DNA from: Acidobacteriota bacterium
GTDB lineage: Bacteria > Acidobacteriota > Vicinamibacteria > Vicinamibacterales > UBA2999
Assembly: GCA_030697165.1 (NCBI GenBank)
Contig: JAUYQQ010000015.1
Location: 292,645 to 356,644, forward strand
Length of the DNA stretch: 64,000 nt
Reading direction: 5' to 3'
Shown: positions 1 through 8,070 of the stretch, in pieces
How positions within the stretch are numbered: position 1 is the stretch's first letter
How the letters are laid out: every line of letters starts with the position of its first letter
Notes under the pieces: model-generated
Databases searched by the model: none
What the model was told of the DNA's origin: nothing
Seen by the model: the letters and a program-made list of their open reading frames with translations, nothing else
Made by a program: the position numbers and the translations under genes

Positions 1-26
1 GAGGGCAGCACTAAAGTGCCGCCCTC
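1..26 (-). terminator. GC-stem hairpin with TAAA/TTTA tetraloop 4 nt after the SDR stop codon (terminator-like, no U tract)
   Basis: gagggcagcac-taaa-gtgccgccctc; 11-nt arms with 10/11 complementary. It lies directly 3' (minus sense) of the TAA at 31-33. The left edge is limited by the window. Confidence 0.35.
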
Positions 27-30
27 CTGG

Positions 31-819
31 TTAGAGGGCGTTGCCGCCCGCACCGTCGACCATGATGGCCTGACCGCTGATGTAGCTGCCGGCCTGCGAG
101 GCGAGAAACACCACGAGGTTGGCCAGCTCTTCGGGACGGCCCAGGCGGCCGAGCGGGATGCTGGCGACCGACGCCTTGCGCACGTCATCGAGCGCCTTGC
201 CGCTCTTCTGCGCGTTGGCCTGGTCCAGCTCGGCAATGCGTTCGGTGTCGATGCGGCCCGGCGCGATCACATTGACCAGAATGCCCTGCGACGCCAACTC
301 CCGTGACAGGGTCTTGGCAATACCCCACACCCCCGCCCGCAGCGCATTGGACAGCGCGAGGTTCGGAATGGGCTGCTTGATCGAAGACGAAGCAATGGTG
401 AGGACGCGGCCGTACCCCGCCTTGGTCATTTCCGGCGCCGCCGCCCGCACGATGCGAGTGAAGCTCAGCAGGTTTTGCTCGAACGCTTTCTGCCACTGCT
501 CGTCGGACATGGCAAGCGTCTCGCCAGCCGGCGGACCGCCGGCATTGTGCACGACGATTTCGAGGCCACCGTACTCGGCCACCGCGGTGTCGACCAGCCG
601 TTGCGCCTCGCTGGCGCTGCTCACGTCGGCCACCAGCGCCTTGACCCGCGAGCCGGTCTCGCGGCGAATGGTGTCGGCCGCCGCCTCAATGCGCGCCTGA
701 TCGCGGCTGCACACCACAAGATCGCACCCTTCACGCGCCAGGCCGAGGGCCGAGGCGTAGCCGAGGCCGCGGCTGGCGGCCATCACGATCGCGCGCTTGC
801 CCTTCAATCCAAAGTCCAT
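31..819 (-). CDS. SDR family NAD(P)-dependent oxidoreductase
   Basis: 262-aa ORF with ATG start. Rossmann glycine motif near the N-terminus (KRAIVMAASRGLGYA), NAG-type motif (VHNAGG) and a typical classical-SDR C-terminus (GQAIMVDGG). Confidence 0.85.
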   Translation of the reverse strand: MDFGLKGKRAIVMAASRGLGYASALGLAREGCDLVVCSRDQARIEAAADTIRRETGSRVKALVADVSSASEAQRLVDTAVAEYGGLEIVVHNAGGPPAGETLAMSDEQWQKAFEQNLLSFTRIVRAAAPEMTKAGYGRVLTIASSSIKQPIPNLALSNALRAGVWGIAKTLSRELASQGILVNVIAPGRIDTERIAELDQANAQKSGKALDDVRKASVASIPLGRLGRPEELANLVVFLASQAGSYISGQAIMVDGAGGNAL

Positions 820-834
820 AGGTCAGCTTCTTGT

Positions 835-901
835 CAGTTGAAAGTTGAAGAGTTGAGAGTTGGTAGTTACAGTTGAGAGTTTCAGTTTCAGTTTCAGTTT
901 C
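835..901. repeat. Short tandem repeats filling an intergenic spacer: ~6 AGTT(G/A)-core heptamer-like units plus (GTTTCA)x3.8
   Basis: AGTT cores at 836, 843, 851, 858, 865 and 871. GTTTCA units at 879-884, 885-890 and 891-896, with a partial unit at 897-901. The stop of the upstream gene lies inside the hexamer tract. Confidence 0.9.
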
Positions 902-1799
902 TCGCTGCGAGTAGATCGAGGCGGGCAAGAATGTCATCGAGGTCCGCCAGCGTGTCGGCGTCCACCGGCGTGAACGGCGCACGCACGCGCGAGTGCTGGA
1001 TGACCCCGCGCAACTGGTAGATGTGCTTGCGCAGCGCAAGGTTGATGCGCGGCTGGTTCTCGAAGCGGATGATCGGCAGGAACTGGTAGAACACCTCGGT
1101 CGCGCCGTCGAGATCGCCGGCCGTGAAGCGCTTGAAGATGTCGACCAGGATCTCGGGAAAGGCAAAACCGGTCATGGTGCCAATCGCCCCATGCCGCAGC
1201 TCCTCCAGGAACATCATGCCGCCCAGGCCGCCGAAGATCTTCACGTCCCGCGAGGCGGCGCGGATCTGCGTGACCTTCATGGGCGCCGGTTCGTCCTCGA
1301 GCTTCAGGAACGACAGCCGCGGCGTGGCGGCGCCGAGCTTCGCGATCAGCTCGACGCTCATGGTGATGCCGCCCACGGCCGGTGGAAAGTCCTGGACGAC
1401 GACCGGTATGTCGACGGCCTCGGCGACCGCCAGGTAGTGGCGTTCGAGTGCCGCGTCGTTGGTGCGCGCCAGCTTCGGCGGCGCCACCATCACCGCCTTC
1501 GCCCCCAGTTCCTGGGCGCGGCGGCTATAGGCGATGCAGCCGTCGGTGCCGGCGTGGGTCGTGCCCACACAAATCGGGAATTCGGGACCGGCGGTCTCGA
1601 TAACGAGCGCCGTCACGCGATCGCGTTCCCCCTCCGTCAACTTGTCGGCCTCGCCGAGCACGCCGAGAATGGTCATGCCGTTGACGCCGGTGCCGCGCGT
1701 GAACGCGGTCAGCCGGCGCAGGCTCGGCTCATCGAGGGCGCCGTCGGGCAGAAATGGCGTCGGCGTGATGTTGTAGATGCCGGTCAGGTACTCAAACAT
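894..1799 (-). CDS. Dihydrodipicolinate synthase / N-acetylneuraminate lyase family aldolase
   Basis: 301-aa ORF. The N-terminus (ITPTPFLPDGALDE..., GVNGMTILGVLGEADKLTEGER) and overall length are typical of DapA-family class I aldolases. Confidence 0.8.
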   Translation of the reverse strand: MFEYLTGIYNITPTPFLPDGALDEPSLRRLTAFTRGTGVNGMTILGVLGEADKLTEGERDRVTALVIETAGPEFPICVGTTHAGTDGCIAYSRRAQELGAKAVMVAPPKLARTNDAALERHYLAVAEAVDIPVVVQDFPPAVGGITMSVELIAKLGAATPRLSFLKLEDEPAPMKVTQIRAASRDVKIFGGLGGMMFLEELRHGAIGTMTGFAFPEILVDIFKRFTAGDLDGATEVFYQFLPIIRFENQPRINLALRKHIYQLRGVIQHSRVRAPFTPVDADTLADLDDILARLDLLAARN

Positions 1800-1810
1800 T
1801 GCTTCCTATT

Positions 1811-2785
1811 CTACTTTGCGTCAGGAAACCTGGTGACGCGGTTGACGACCGGCGGCAGCGTCCGCAGATAGGCGTAGATGGCCGCCAGGTCCTCGCGCGT
1901 CATGCCGGCGTAAGCGGTCAACGGCATCGGCGTGTTCTGCCGGCGCTCCGTGTCGCTCAGCACCGCGTCCGACGGCGTCTCGAAGGCCTTGAACTTGTCG
2001 ATGAACTGCTGCTCGGTCCACGAGCCGATGCCGGTGTCGGCGTCGGGCGTGATGTTGGCGGCGCGCACGCGGTAGCCGGTCTCCAGGAACTCCATGCCGC
2101 CGGCAAACTCCCTGCCCGGCAGCGGTTGGCCGCGGTCATCGATCGGCGTGTGGCAATCGCCGCACAGGGCCGAGCGAGTCATGTACTTCCCGTACGCCAC
2201 CTTGTCGGTAGGCGAAGGTCTGGGCTGGGGTGTCGCGGCCGCCGGAATGGTGCGGACGATCAAGTTCATCGGAAAGTTCAGGGTGCGCGGGGGCACCTGG
2301 CTCTCGATCGCCTGCCAGGAGCGAACGTATACCAGGACCGCGTGCATGTCGTCGGCGGCCATGGCGCCAAAGTGCGGGTACGGCATGAGCGGAAAGAGCG
2401 GCGTGCCGTCCTTCGAAACGCCCGCCGTGACCGCGCGCTGCAGCTCTCCGTCAGTCCAGCTGCCGATGGCGGCCGGCGTGATGTTCTTGCCGTACACGAC
2501 GCCGGCGCCGCCCAAGGCAAACTCCTGCCCGCCAACGCCGATGCGGTCAGGCTTGACCGGGCCCGAAAACTTCGTCCAGTCGCGCTCGCTGTGGCAGTCG
2601 GTGCAGCCGACGACGTGATCGCTCAGATACTTGCCGCGCGCCAATCGCTCAGCCGTCGGCTCCAACGTCACGACGGCCGGTGGCGGCACCTTCGGAAACG
2701 CTAACATCAAGTAGCCAAGACCGGCGACCGCGGCCACCACCACGAGCGCCACCAACACCCCAACAATTTTCAATAGTGTTTTCAT
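1811..2785 (-). CDS. Membrane-anchored dihaem c-type cytochrome
   Basis: 324-aa ORF with an N-terminal TM helix (LKIVGVLVALVVVAAVAGLGYLML) and two CxxCH haem motifs (CTDCH, CGDCH). Confidence 0.75.
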   Translation of the reverse strand: MKTLLKIVGVLVALVVVAAVAGLGYLMLAFPKVPPPAVVTLEPTAERLARGKYLSDHVVGCTDCHSERDWTKFSGPVKPDRIGVGGQEFALGGAGVVYGKNITPAAIGSWTDGELQRAVTAGVSKDGTPLFPLMPYPHFGAMAADDMHAVLVYVRSWQAIESQVPPRTLNFPMNLIVRTIPAAATPQPRPSPTDKVAYGKYMTRSALCGDCHTPIDDRGQPLPGREFAGGMEFLETGYRVRAANITPDADTGIGSWTEQQFIDKFKAFETPSDAVLSDTERRQNTPMPLTAYAGMTREDLAAIYAYLRTLPPVVNRVTRFPDAK

Positions 2786-2800
2786 CGTCTCGTGCGGCTC

Positions 2801-2871
2801 CCCTGATCCCTGATCCCTGATCCCTGATCCCTGATCCCTGATCCCTGATCCCTGATCCCTGGATCCCTGAT
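2801..2871. repeat. Tandem heptamer (CCCTGAT)x10 (one unit CCCTGGAT); carries 10 GATC sites
   Basis: Read directly: units start at 2801 and recur every 7 nt, with a 1-nt insertion in the unit at 2857-2864. The tract fills most of the 86-nt spacer between the amidohydrolase stop (2872) and the cytochrome c start (2785). Confidence 0.95.
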
Positions 2872-4473
2872 CTACTGCCTGGCGGTCGTGGCCGGCTTGC
2901 TCCTGGCTTTCTGCACGATTGCCGCAACATCAGCAGCGAGCTTCTTCGCATCGTAGACAATGCCGTCCTTAATCGTGTACTTCACGCCGCCGACACGATC
3001 GACCTGGCCGGTCTGATCGTTGAGCTTCACGGCGCCAGTGGCATAGAGCACCTTGAAGTTCTCGAGAGGATTCTGGTCGACCAGCACCATGTCGGCCAGC
3101 AGGCCCGCGCGAATGATCCCGAAGTCGGCCGGCGTGCCCTTCGGTTCCGCGAGCGTGGCTGCGCCGTTGAGGGTCGCCGAGCGGATGACCTCGAGCGGGT
3201 GAAAACCGGCCTCCTGCAGCATCTCGAGCTCGAGGATGTAGCCAAAACCGTAGGTCTGGTAGATGAACCCGGAGTCAGAGCCGGTGGTGACGCGGCCGCC
3301 GGCGTTCTTGAAGTCGTTGAGGAACGACATCCACACCTGGTAGAAGCGCTTCCACTGGATTTCGTCTTCGGTCGTCCAGTAGAACCAGTACGCGCCGTGC
3401 GCGTTGCGGTTGGGCTGGTAGAAATCCCACAGGGACGGCAGCGTGTACTTGTCGTGCCACTCGGCTTCGCGCATGCGCATGACGTCGCGGCCCGCCGAGT
3501 AGATGTTCATGGTCGGGTCAATCGTGAACCTGGCGTCGACCCATTCCTTGATCAAGGCGTTCCACGGCTCGCTGCCACGGGGGTGAATCTTGTCGTGGAG
3601 CCGGGCCACCTGGCCGAAGCGGTGCTGCTCGTCGTTGTAGTTCTGGTTCAGCGGGAAGGGCTGCACCGAGTAGTCCTTGAGCAACGCCTCGAACAGGCCG
3701 TAGTAATGCGTCAACGAGCCCAGGCCCAGGCGCGAGGCGTCGCGCGCGTTCATGCGGCCGACGCCCATCTGGTCGAGGTGGGCGGTCGAGCCCAGGTTGA
3801 ACTTCTTGGCCTCGTCCAGCAAGGCGGCCATGATCTCGGGATCGTACGCGCCGAGCTTCATGCCATCGACGCCCTTCTTGGCGGCAAAGCGCACCCACTC
3901 GCGCGCACTGTCGGGCGTTTGCGGCCGGTTGCGATCCCATCCCTCGCCACTGAACGGGCGGTGGTACGCAAAGATCCTCGGCGCTACGATCTGGTTCTTG
4001 GCCGACAGCTCGCGCTGGTTGAGGTCCCAATCCATGGACCCGCACGGCACGCCGCGCACTGTCGTGACACCGTGGCTCAGCCACAGCTTGTAGACATACT
4101 CCGGGTCGCGCGCCTGCCCGCCGCCGCAGTGCACGTGGGCGTCGACAAACCCGGGCATCAGGTACAGACCGGTCCCGTCGACTTCTTTCGTGCCTTTGGC
4201 GGGCCGGCTGCGTTCGTTGATCGCAACCCCAGGAAAGCCGACGCTGGCAACCTCGGTGATGCGGTTGTTCTGCACGACCACATCCATCGGCCCGCGCGGC
4301 GGCGCGCCGGTGCCGTCGATCACCGTGACCCCGCGAATCACCATGCGGTCGAATGGGCCTTCGCCGTCGCCCGCCCCGCGGGCCGGGGTCGGCGGCATCT
4401 GCTGGGCCGACAAAGACACGGCCGCCACAACGAGGACGACGCCGGTGAGCGTGGAGCGCAAAATTCGTGACAT
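2872..4473 (-). CDS. Secreted amidohydrolase-superfamily metallo-hydrolase
   Basis: 533-aa ORF with a signal peptide (LTGVVLVVAAVSLSAQQ) and the metal-binding motif PGFVDAHVHCGG typical of the amidohydrolase fold. Confidence 0.75.
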   Translation of the reverse strand: MSRILRSTLTGVVLVVAAVSLSAQQMPPTPARGAGDGEGPFDRMVIRGVTVIDGTGAPPRGPMDVVVQNNRITEVASVGFPGVAINERSRPAKGTKEVDGTGLYLMPGFVDAHVHCGGGQARDPEYVYKLWLSHGVTTVRGVPCGSMDWDLNQRELSAKNQIVAPRIFAYHRPFSGEGWDRNRPQTPDSAREWVRFAAKKGVDGMKLGAYDPEIMAALLDEAKKFNLGSTAHLDQMGVGRMNARDASRLGLGSLTHYYGLFEALLKDYSVQPFPLNQNYNDEQHRFGQVARLHDKIHPRGSEPWNALIKEWVDARFTIDPTMNIYSAGRDVMRMREAEWHDKYTLPSLWDFYQPNRNAHGAYWFYWTTEDEIQWKRFYQVWMSFLNDFKNAGGRVTTGSDSGFIYQTYGFGYILELEMLQEAGFHPLEVIRSATLNGAATLAEPKGTPADFGIIRAGLLADMVLVDQNPLENFKVLYATGAVKLNDQTGQVDRVGGVKYTIKDGIVYDAKKLAADVAAIVQKARSKPATTARQ

Positions 4474-4477
4474 GAAA

Positions 4478-4495
4478 TCCCTCCGGAAAGAGGGA
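4478..4495 (-). promoter_or_regulatory. Hairpin pairing the Shine-Dalgarno (GGAGGGA) of the amidohydrolase gene with an upstream TCCCTC
   Basis: The minus strand reads TCCCTC-TTTCCG-GAGGGA-TTTC-ATG. This gives a 6-bp perfect stem whose 3' arm is the SD. Confidence 0.3.
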
Positions 4496-4522
4496 ATTCT
4501 AGCAGGATCTAACAGGAGACAA

Positions 4523-4548
4523 GGAGATCAGGAGCAATTTAGATCTCC
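4523..4548 (-). terminator. Hairpin after the ADOP permease stop (7-bp stem GGAGATC/GATCTCC, 12-nt loop)
   Basis: Perfect inverted repeat 15 nt downstream (minus sense) of the TGA at 4564-4566, followed by TTGTCTCCTGTT. Both arms contain GATC. Confidence 0.25.
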
Positions 4549-4563
4549 CGACCTCCGGTGAAA

Positions 4564-7050
4564 TCAGTCGGTGCGCAGGGCGGTCATCGGGTCGATGCGC
4601 ATGGCGCGGCGTGCCGGCACGAAGTTCGCCAGCCCGGCCGCCAGGGCCATGGCGGTAAACGCCAGCGTCCACGCCAGCGGATCGAGCGGCTGCACGCCGT
4701 AGAGCAGGCCCTGCAGCGCGAAGGCCACGACGGCGGCCAACAGGCCGCCCACCACCAGGCCGATCGCGACAATCGAGAAGCCCTGGCGCATGATCATGCC
4801 CATGACCCGCTCGGGGCGCGCGCCAAGCGCCATGCGGACGCCGATCTCGCGTGTGCGGCGCGCGACCGAGAAGGCGATCACGCCGTAGAGGCCGATCGCC
4901 GCCAGCAGCGTGCCCAGCCCGCCGAAGGCCGTCGCCAGCATCGCGCCGACCCGCGCCGGCATCAGGCTGAGGCCCAGGTTCTGTTCCATGGTGTTGGCCG
5001 ACATGAACACCAGGCCCGGCTCCATCGCCAGCAGCTCGCGCCGGATGTCATTGACGAGCGCGGTGGCGTCGCCGCTGGTCCGGGCGAGCAGGAAATTGTA
5101 GCGGCTCGCCCGCTGCGCTTCAGCGAAGTAGACGAACGGCGAGGCCTGCTCGAGCACGCCGTGGCGCTTGTGGTCGCGGCTGACGCCGACGATGCGGTAG
5201 GTCCGTTTGTTGACCGGGCTCTGAAAAGTGTGCCCCACCGCCGATTCGTTCGGCCAGAACTTCCGCGCCATCGTTTCGTTGATCACGGCCACGTCCTGCC
5301 CGCCGGCGATGTCGGTGGCGTCGAGGTCGCGGCCGTCGGTCACCGGCACGCCGAGCGTGGCCAGATAGCCGGGCGAAATCGCGACGTTCTCAATAATCTC
5401 GCCGCGCTGCCCTTCGTGGTAGGTGCGGTTGTCGATCCGCAGTTCCTGCTGGTTGAAGTTGAACGTAAACGGCAGGGTCGGCGACACCAGGCCGGCCGAG
5501 GTCACCGAGGGCATGGCGCGGACCCGCGCCAGCGCCTGCCGCCAGAACTCGAGCCCGCGCGCCGGCTCGTAGCGAACCATGTCGGTGTCGAGCGCAATCG
5601 CCGCCAGCCCGCGCGTCTCGAAGCCGACCTCCGCCCGCTGTGATGCGCCCAGGCTGCGCAGCAGCAGGCCGGCGACCACGAGCAGTACGACGGTAAGCGC
5701 CACCTGCGACACCACCAGCGCATCGCGCAACGCCCAGCGGCGGCCGCCCACCTTGGTGGCCGGCGCGTCGCCGCGCAGGTCGCTCACCAAGCTGGGTGCC
5801 GAAGCCTTGAGCGCGGGCAACAGGCCGGCGAGCAGCCCCGTGCCAATGGCAATCAGCAGCGAGAACGACAGCACGCGCCCATCAATGCGAAGGTCGAAGA
5901 CAATGTCGACCGGCAGCGGCAGCGGCATGGTTTGCATGCCCTGCACGAGCGCCCACGCCAACCCGGACGCGGCGACCGCGCCAAGCACGCCGAGCGTCAG
6001 GCCTTCGACCAGGAGCTGCTGGATCAAGCGCGCCCGGCTGGCGCCAATGGCCAGCCGCACGCTGATCTCGCGGCGGCGCGCCGAGGCTCGCGCGAGCAGC
6101 ATGCCGGCCACGTTGGCACAGGCGATCAACAAGACGAGACCGACAATGCCCATGAGTCCGGCCGCGCCGAGCGACAGCACGCCGCCGGCCTGGGGCACCA
6201 GCAGGCGGACCTGCTCGGTCGGCACCGCCGCCATCTTGCGATCCTTGTTGGTCACCGGGTTGTCGGCTTCGAGTTGCGAACCGATCAGCGCGACGTTGGC
6301 GTGCGCCTGCGCGGCCGAGGTGCCGGGCTTCAGGCGGCCCTTGATGAACATCCACCGCATGCCGCGGCGTTCCAGGGTGGTCTTGCCCACGGGCGACGGC
6401 ACCGAGTCGGTGATCCCGGCCGGCTCAACCTCTTCCACCTGGGTAATCGGCAGCCACAGTTCGGGTGTCAGCAGCGGCACGACCCCAGTGAACGAGGCCG
6501 GCGCGACCCCGGCAATGGTGTACGGCTGGCCGCGCAGCGTGAGCGACTTGCCGTCGATCGCCGGGTCGGCGCCGAACTCGCGCTGCCACATGCGATGCGA
6601 GATCACCACGACCCTGGCGGCAGACGGCTCATCATCCGTCGGCACGAGCATTCGTCCCAGGAGCGGCTGCACGCCGAGCATCGAGAAGTGGTTCGAGGTG
6701 ACCAGCTGCCCCAGCGCAATGCGCGACCGATCCCCCAGGCTGAGCGGCGCCATCATCGGGCTGTAGCCCAGGACGTCGCTGAACACCGTGTTCTGGGCCT
6801 TCAGGTCCTGGAAGTCGGCATAAGACGAGGTCGCGTATTCATCACCGTCGCCGCCGGCCGTGAACACGTCCACGAGCGTGCTGGGTGCGGTGACGGGCAA
6901 GGGTCGGAACAGCAGTGAGTCCACCAGGGAAAACATCGCCGTGTTGACGCCGACGCCCAGGCCGAGCGACAGGATGGCGACGGCAGAGAACCCGGGGCTG
7001 CGGGCCATCCAACGCAGGGCGTAGCGAATGTCTTTGAGCAGGGTGTCCAC
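4564..7050 (-). CDS. ADOP-family duplicated MacB/FtsX-type ABC permease (orphan; no adjacent ATPase)
   Basis: 828-aa ORF. The N-terminus MDTLLKDIRYALRWMARSPGFSAVAILSLGLGVGVNTAMFS is characteristic of the acidobacterial duplicated orphan permease family. There are two MacB_PCD/FtsX halves. Confidence 0.85.
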   Translation of the reverse strand: MDTLLKDIRYALRWMARSPGFSAVAILSLGLGVGVNTAMFSLVDSLLFRPLPVTAPSTLVDVFTAGGDGDEYATSSYADFQDLKAQNTVFSDVLGYSPMMAPLSLGDRSRIALGQLVTSNHFSMLGVQPLLGRMLVPTDDEPSAARVVVISHRMWQREFGADPAIDGKSLTLRGQPYTIAGVAPASFTGVVPLLTPELWLPITQVEEVEPAGITDSVPSPVGKTTLERRGMRWMFIKGRLKPGTSAAQAHANVALIGSQLEADNPVTNKDRKMAAVPTEQVRLLVPQAGGVLSLGAAGLMGIVGLVLLIACANVAGMLLARASARRREISVRLAIGASRARLIQQLLVEGLTLGVLGAVAASGLAWALVQGMQTMPLPLPVDIVFDLRIDGRVLSFSLLIAIGTGLLAGLLPALKASAPSLVSDLRGDAPATKVGGRRWALRDALVVSQVALTVVLLVVAGLLLRSLGASQRAEVGFETRGLAAIALDTDMVRYEPARGLEFWRQALARVRAMPSVTSAGLVSPTLPFTFNFNQQELRIDNRTYHEGQRGEIIENVAISPGYLATLGVPVTDGRDLDATDIAGGQDVAVINETMARKFWPNESAVGHTFQSPVNKRTYRIVGVSRDHKRHGVLEQASPFVYFAEAQRASRYNFLLARTSGDATALVNDIRRELLAMEPGLVFMSANTMEQNLGLSLMPARVGAMLATAFGGLGTLLAAIGLYGVIAFSVARRTREIGVRMALGARPERVMGMIMRQGFSIVAIGLVVGGLLAAVVAFALQGLLYGVQPLDPLAWTLAFTAMALAAGLANFVPARRAMRIDPMTALRTD

Positions 7051-7096
7051 GTCCCCTTAGACGAGGCTGGCGAAGCGAAGTTCAGGAGTGCCAGAA

Positions 7097-7118
7097 GGCC
7101 GGGACTTTAGTCCCGGCC
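7097..7118 (-). terminator. Perfect 9-bp GC hairpin with TTTA loop 8 nt after the SDR stop
   Basis: ggccgggac-ttta-gtcccggcc. It lies between the stop of 7127..7933 and the start of the permease gene. Only a weak T-run (TTCT) follows on the minus strand. Confidence 0.35.
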
Positions 7119-7126
7119 AGGCCCGT

Positions 7127-7933
7127 TCAGGTCTTTCGATACCGGCGGCCGGCGGCCCGCGAAACCGCCTTGACGATGCCTTTCGGGACCACCCCCATCA
7201 GCCAGAGCAGGAGCCTGTAAGCCCGCCCGTTGACGACCACCGCGTCGCCGCGCATGACCGCCTCGTAGCCTTCGCGGGCCACGTCGGCGGCGTTCAACCA
7301 CAGCATGGCCGGCACGCTATTCATCTGCTGGCGCGTGCCGGTGACGTCGTGAAACTCACTGTAGGTAAAGCCCGGGCAGACGGCGGTGACGTGCACACCC
7401 TTGTGGGCATTTTCGGCGGCGAGCGCCTCCGAGAACCGGATCACGAACGCCTTCGACGCGCCGTACAGGGTGTGGCCGGCCGGCGCCGGCACCATGCCGG
7501 CCACCGACGCGATGTTGATCACGCGGCCCCAGCCCCGCTCCAGCATGCCGGGCAGCAGCAGATAGGTGAGGTCGCACATCGCGGTCATCATGATCTGGAT
7601 GAACCGTTGATGTTCGGGCCAGGCCACGCTGACGTAGCTGCCGGGCACGCCGTAGCCGGCGTTGTTGACGAGCACATCGATGCGCAACCCCTGGGCGCGC
7701 ACCACCCCGGCAATGCGCGCCGGCGCGCCGGGGTCGGCCAGGTCGGCCACGATGACATGGGTGGCAACGCCGTGAGCGGCGTGCAGTTGTTCAGCCAGTT
7801 CATCCAGTCGATCCCGCCGGCGGGCCGTCACGACCAGGCTGTAGCCGCGCGCCGCCAGCAACTCGGCGAACGCCTTGCCAATACCTGACGAGGCGCCCGT
7901 CACCAGGGCGGTCTTGCCCTCGCCTTCTCGCAT
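7127..7933 (-). CDS. SDR family oxidoreductase
   Basis: The ORF track gives 7127..8032. The start was trimmed to the ATG at 7933 (MREGEGKTALVTGASSGIGKAF) because the upstream 33 codons cover hairpin repeats. Motifs TGxxxGxG, NNAG and YGASK are present. Confidence 0.8.
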   Translation of the reverse strand: MREGEGKTALVTGASSGIGKAFAELLAARGYSLVVTARRRDRLDELAEQLHAAHGVATHVIVADLADPGAPARIAGVVRAQGLRIDVLVNNAGYGVPGSYVSVAWPEHQRFIQIMMTAMCDLTYLLLPGMLERGWGRVINIASVAGMVPAPAGHTLYGASKAFVIRFSEALAAENAHKGVHVTAVCPGFTYSEFHDVTGTRQQMNSVPAMLWLNAADVAREGYEAVMRGDAVVVNGRAYRLLLWLMGVVPKGIVKAVSRAAGRRYRKT

Positions 7934-7966
7934 GACACAGTGTAGCCTCCGCTGGCGCGGTGTCGC

Positions 7967-7984
7967 ATCCGGCTTTAGCCGGAT
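7967..7984. repeat. Hairpin repeat atccggc-ttta-gccggat
   Basis: 7-bp perfect stem with a TTTA loop in the divergent intergenic region 7934-8070. Confidence 0.7.
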
Positions 7985-8004
7985 ATCAGAGAAGAGCGGG
8001 CATG

Positions 8005-8022
8005 GTCCGCCTAAAGGCGGAC
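8005..8022. repeat. Hairpin repeat gtccgcc-taaa-ggcggac
   Basis: 7-bp perfect stem with a TAAA loop, 20 nt from the previous hairpin. Confidence 0.7.
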
Positions 8023-8070
8023 GCCACATCATGAAGAGTATGATGGGGCGTCCCTGCCGGAGGAACCCTT

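Noticed and set aside
993-1871. 292-aa plus-strand ORF antisense to the DapA-like gene. Many similar long ORFs exist, e.g. 3199..4470, 4558..5643, 5579..6766, 11505..13268, 26129..27124, 56361..57398.
   Set aside because: These are shadow ORFs typical of GC-rich DNA. They are Arg/Ala/Pro/Gly/His-rich and low-complexity, with no recognisable motifs. Each lies exactly opposite an ORF with clear family signatures and GC3-biased codons.
2801-2871. Possible CRISPR-like array.
   Set aside because: The units are 7 nt and contiguous with no spacers, and there are no cas genes. It is a microsatellite.
2649-2960. 103-aa ORF encoding the repeated peptide GSGIRDQGSGIRDQ.
   Set aside because: It is simply the minus-strand translation of the (CCCTGAT)n tract, which has no stop codons on that strand. 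It overlaps two real gene ends and has no start context.
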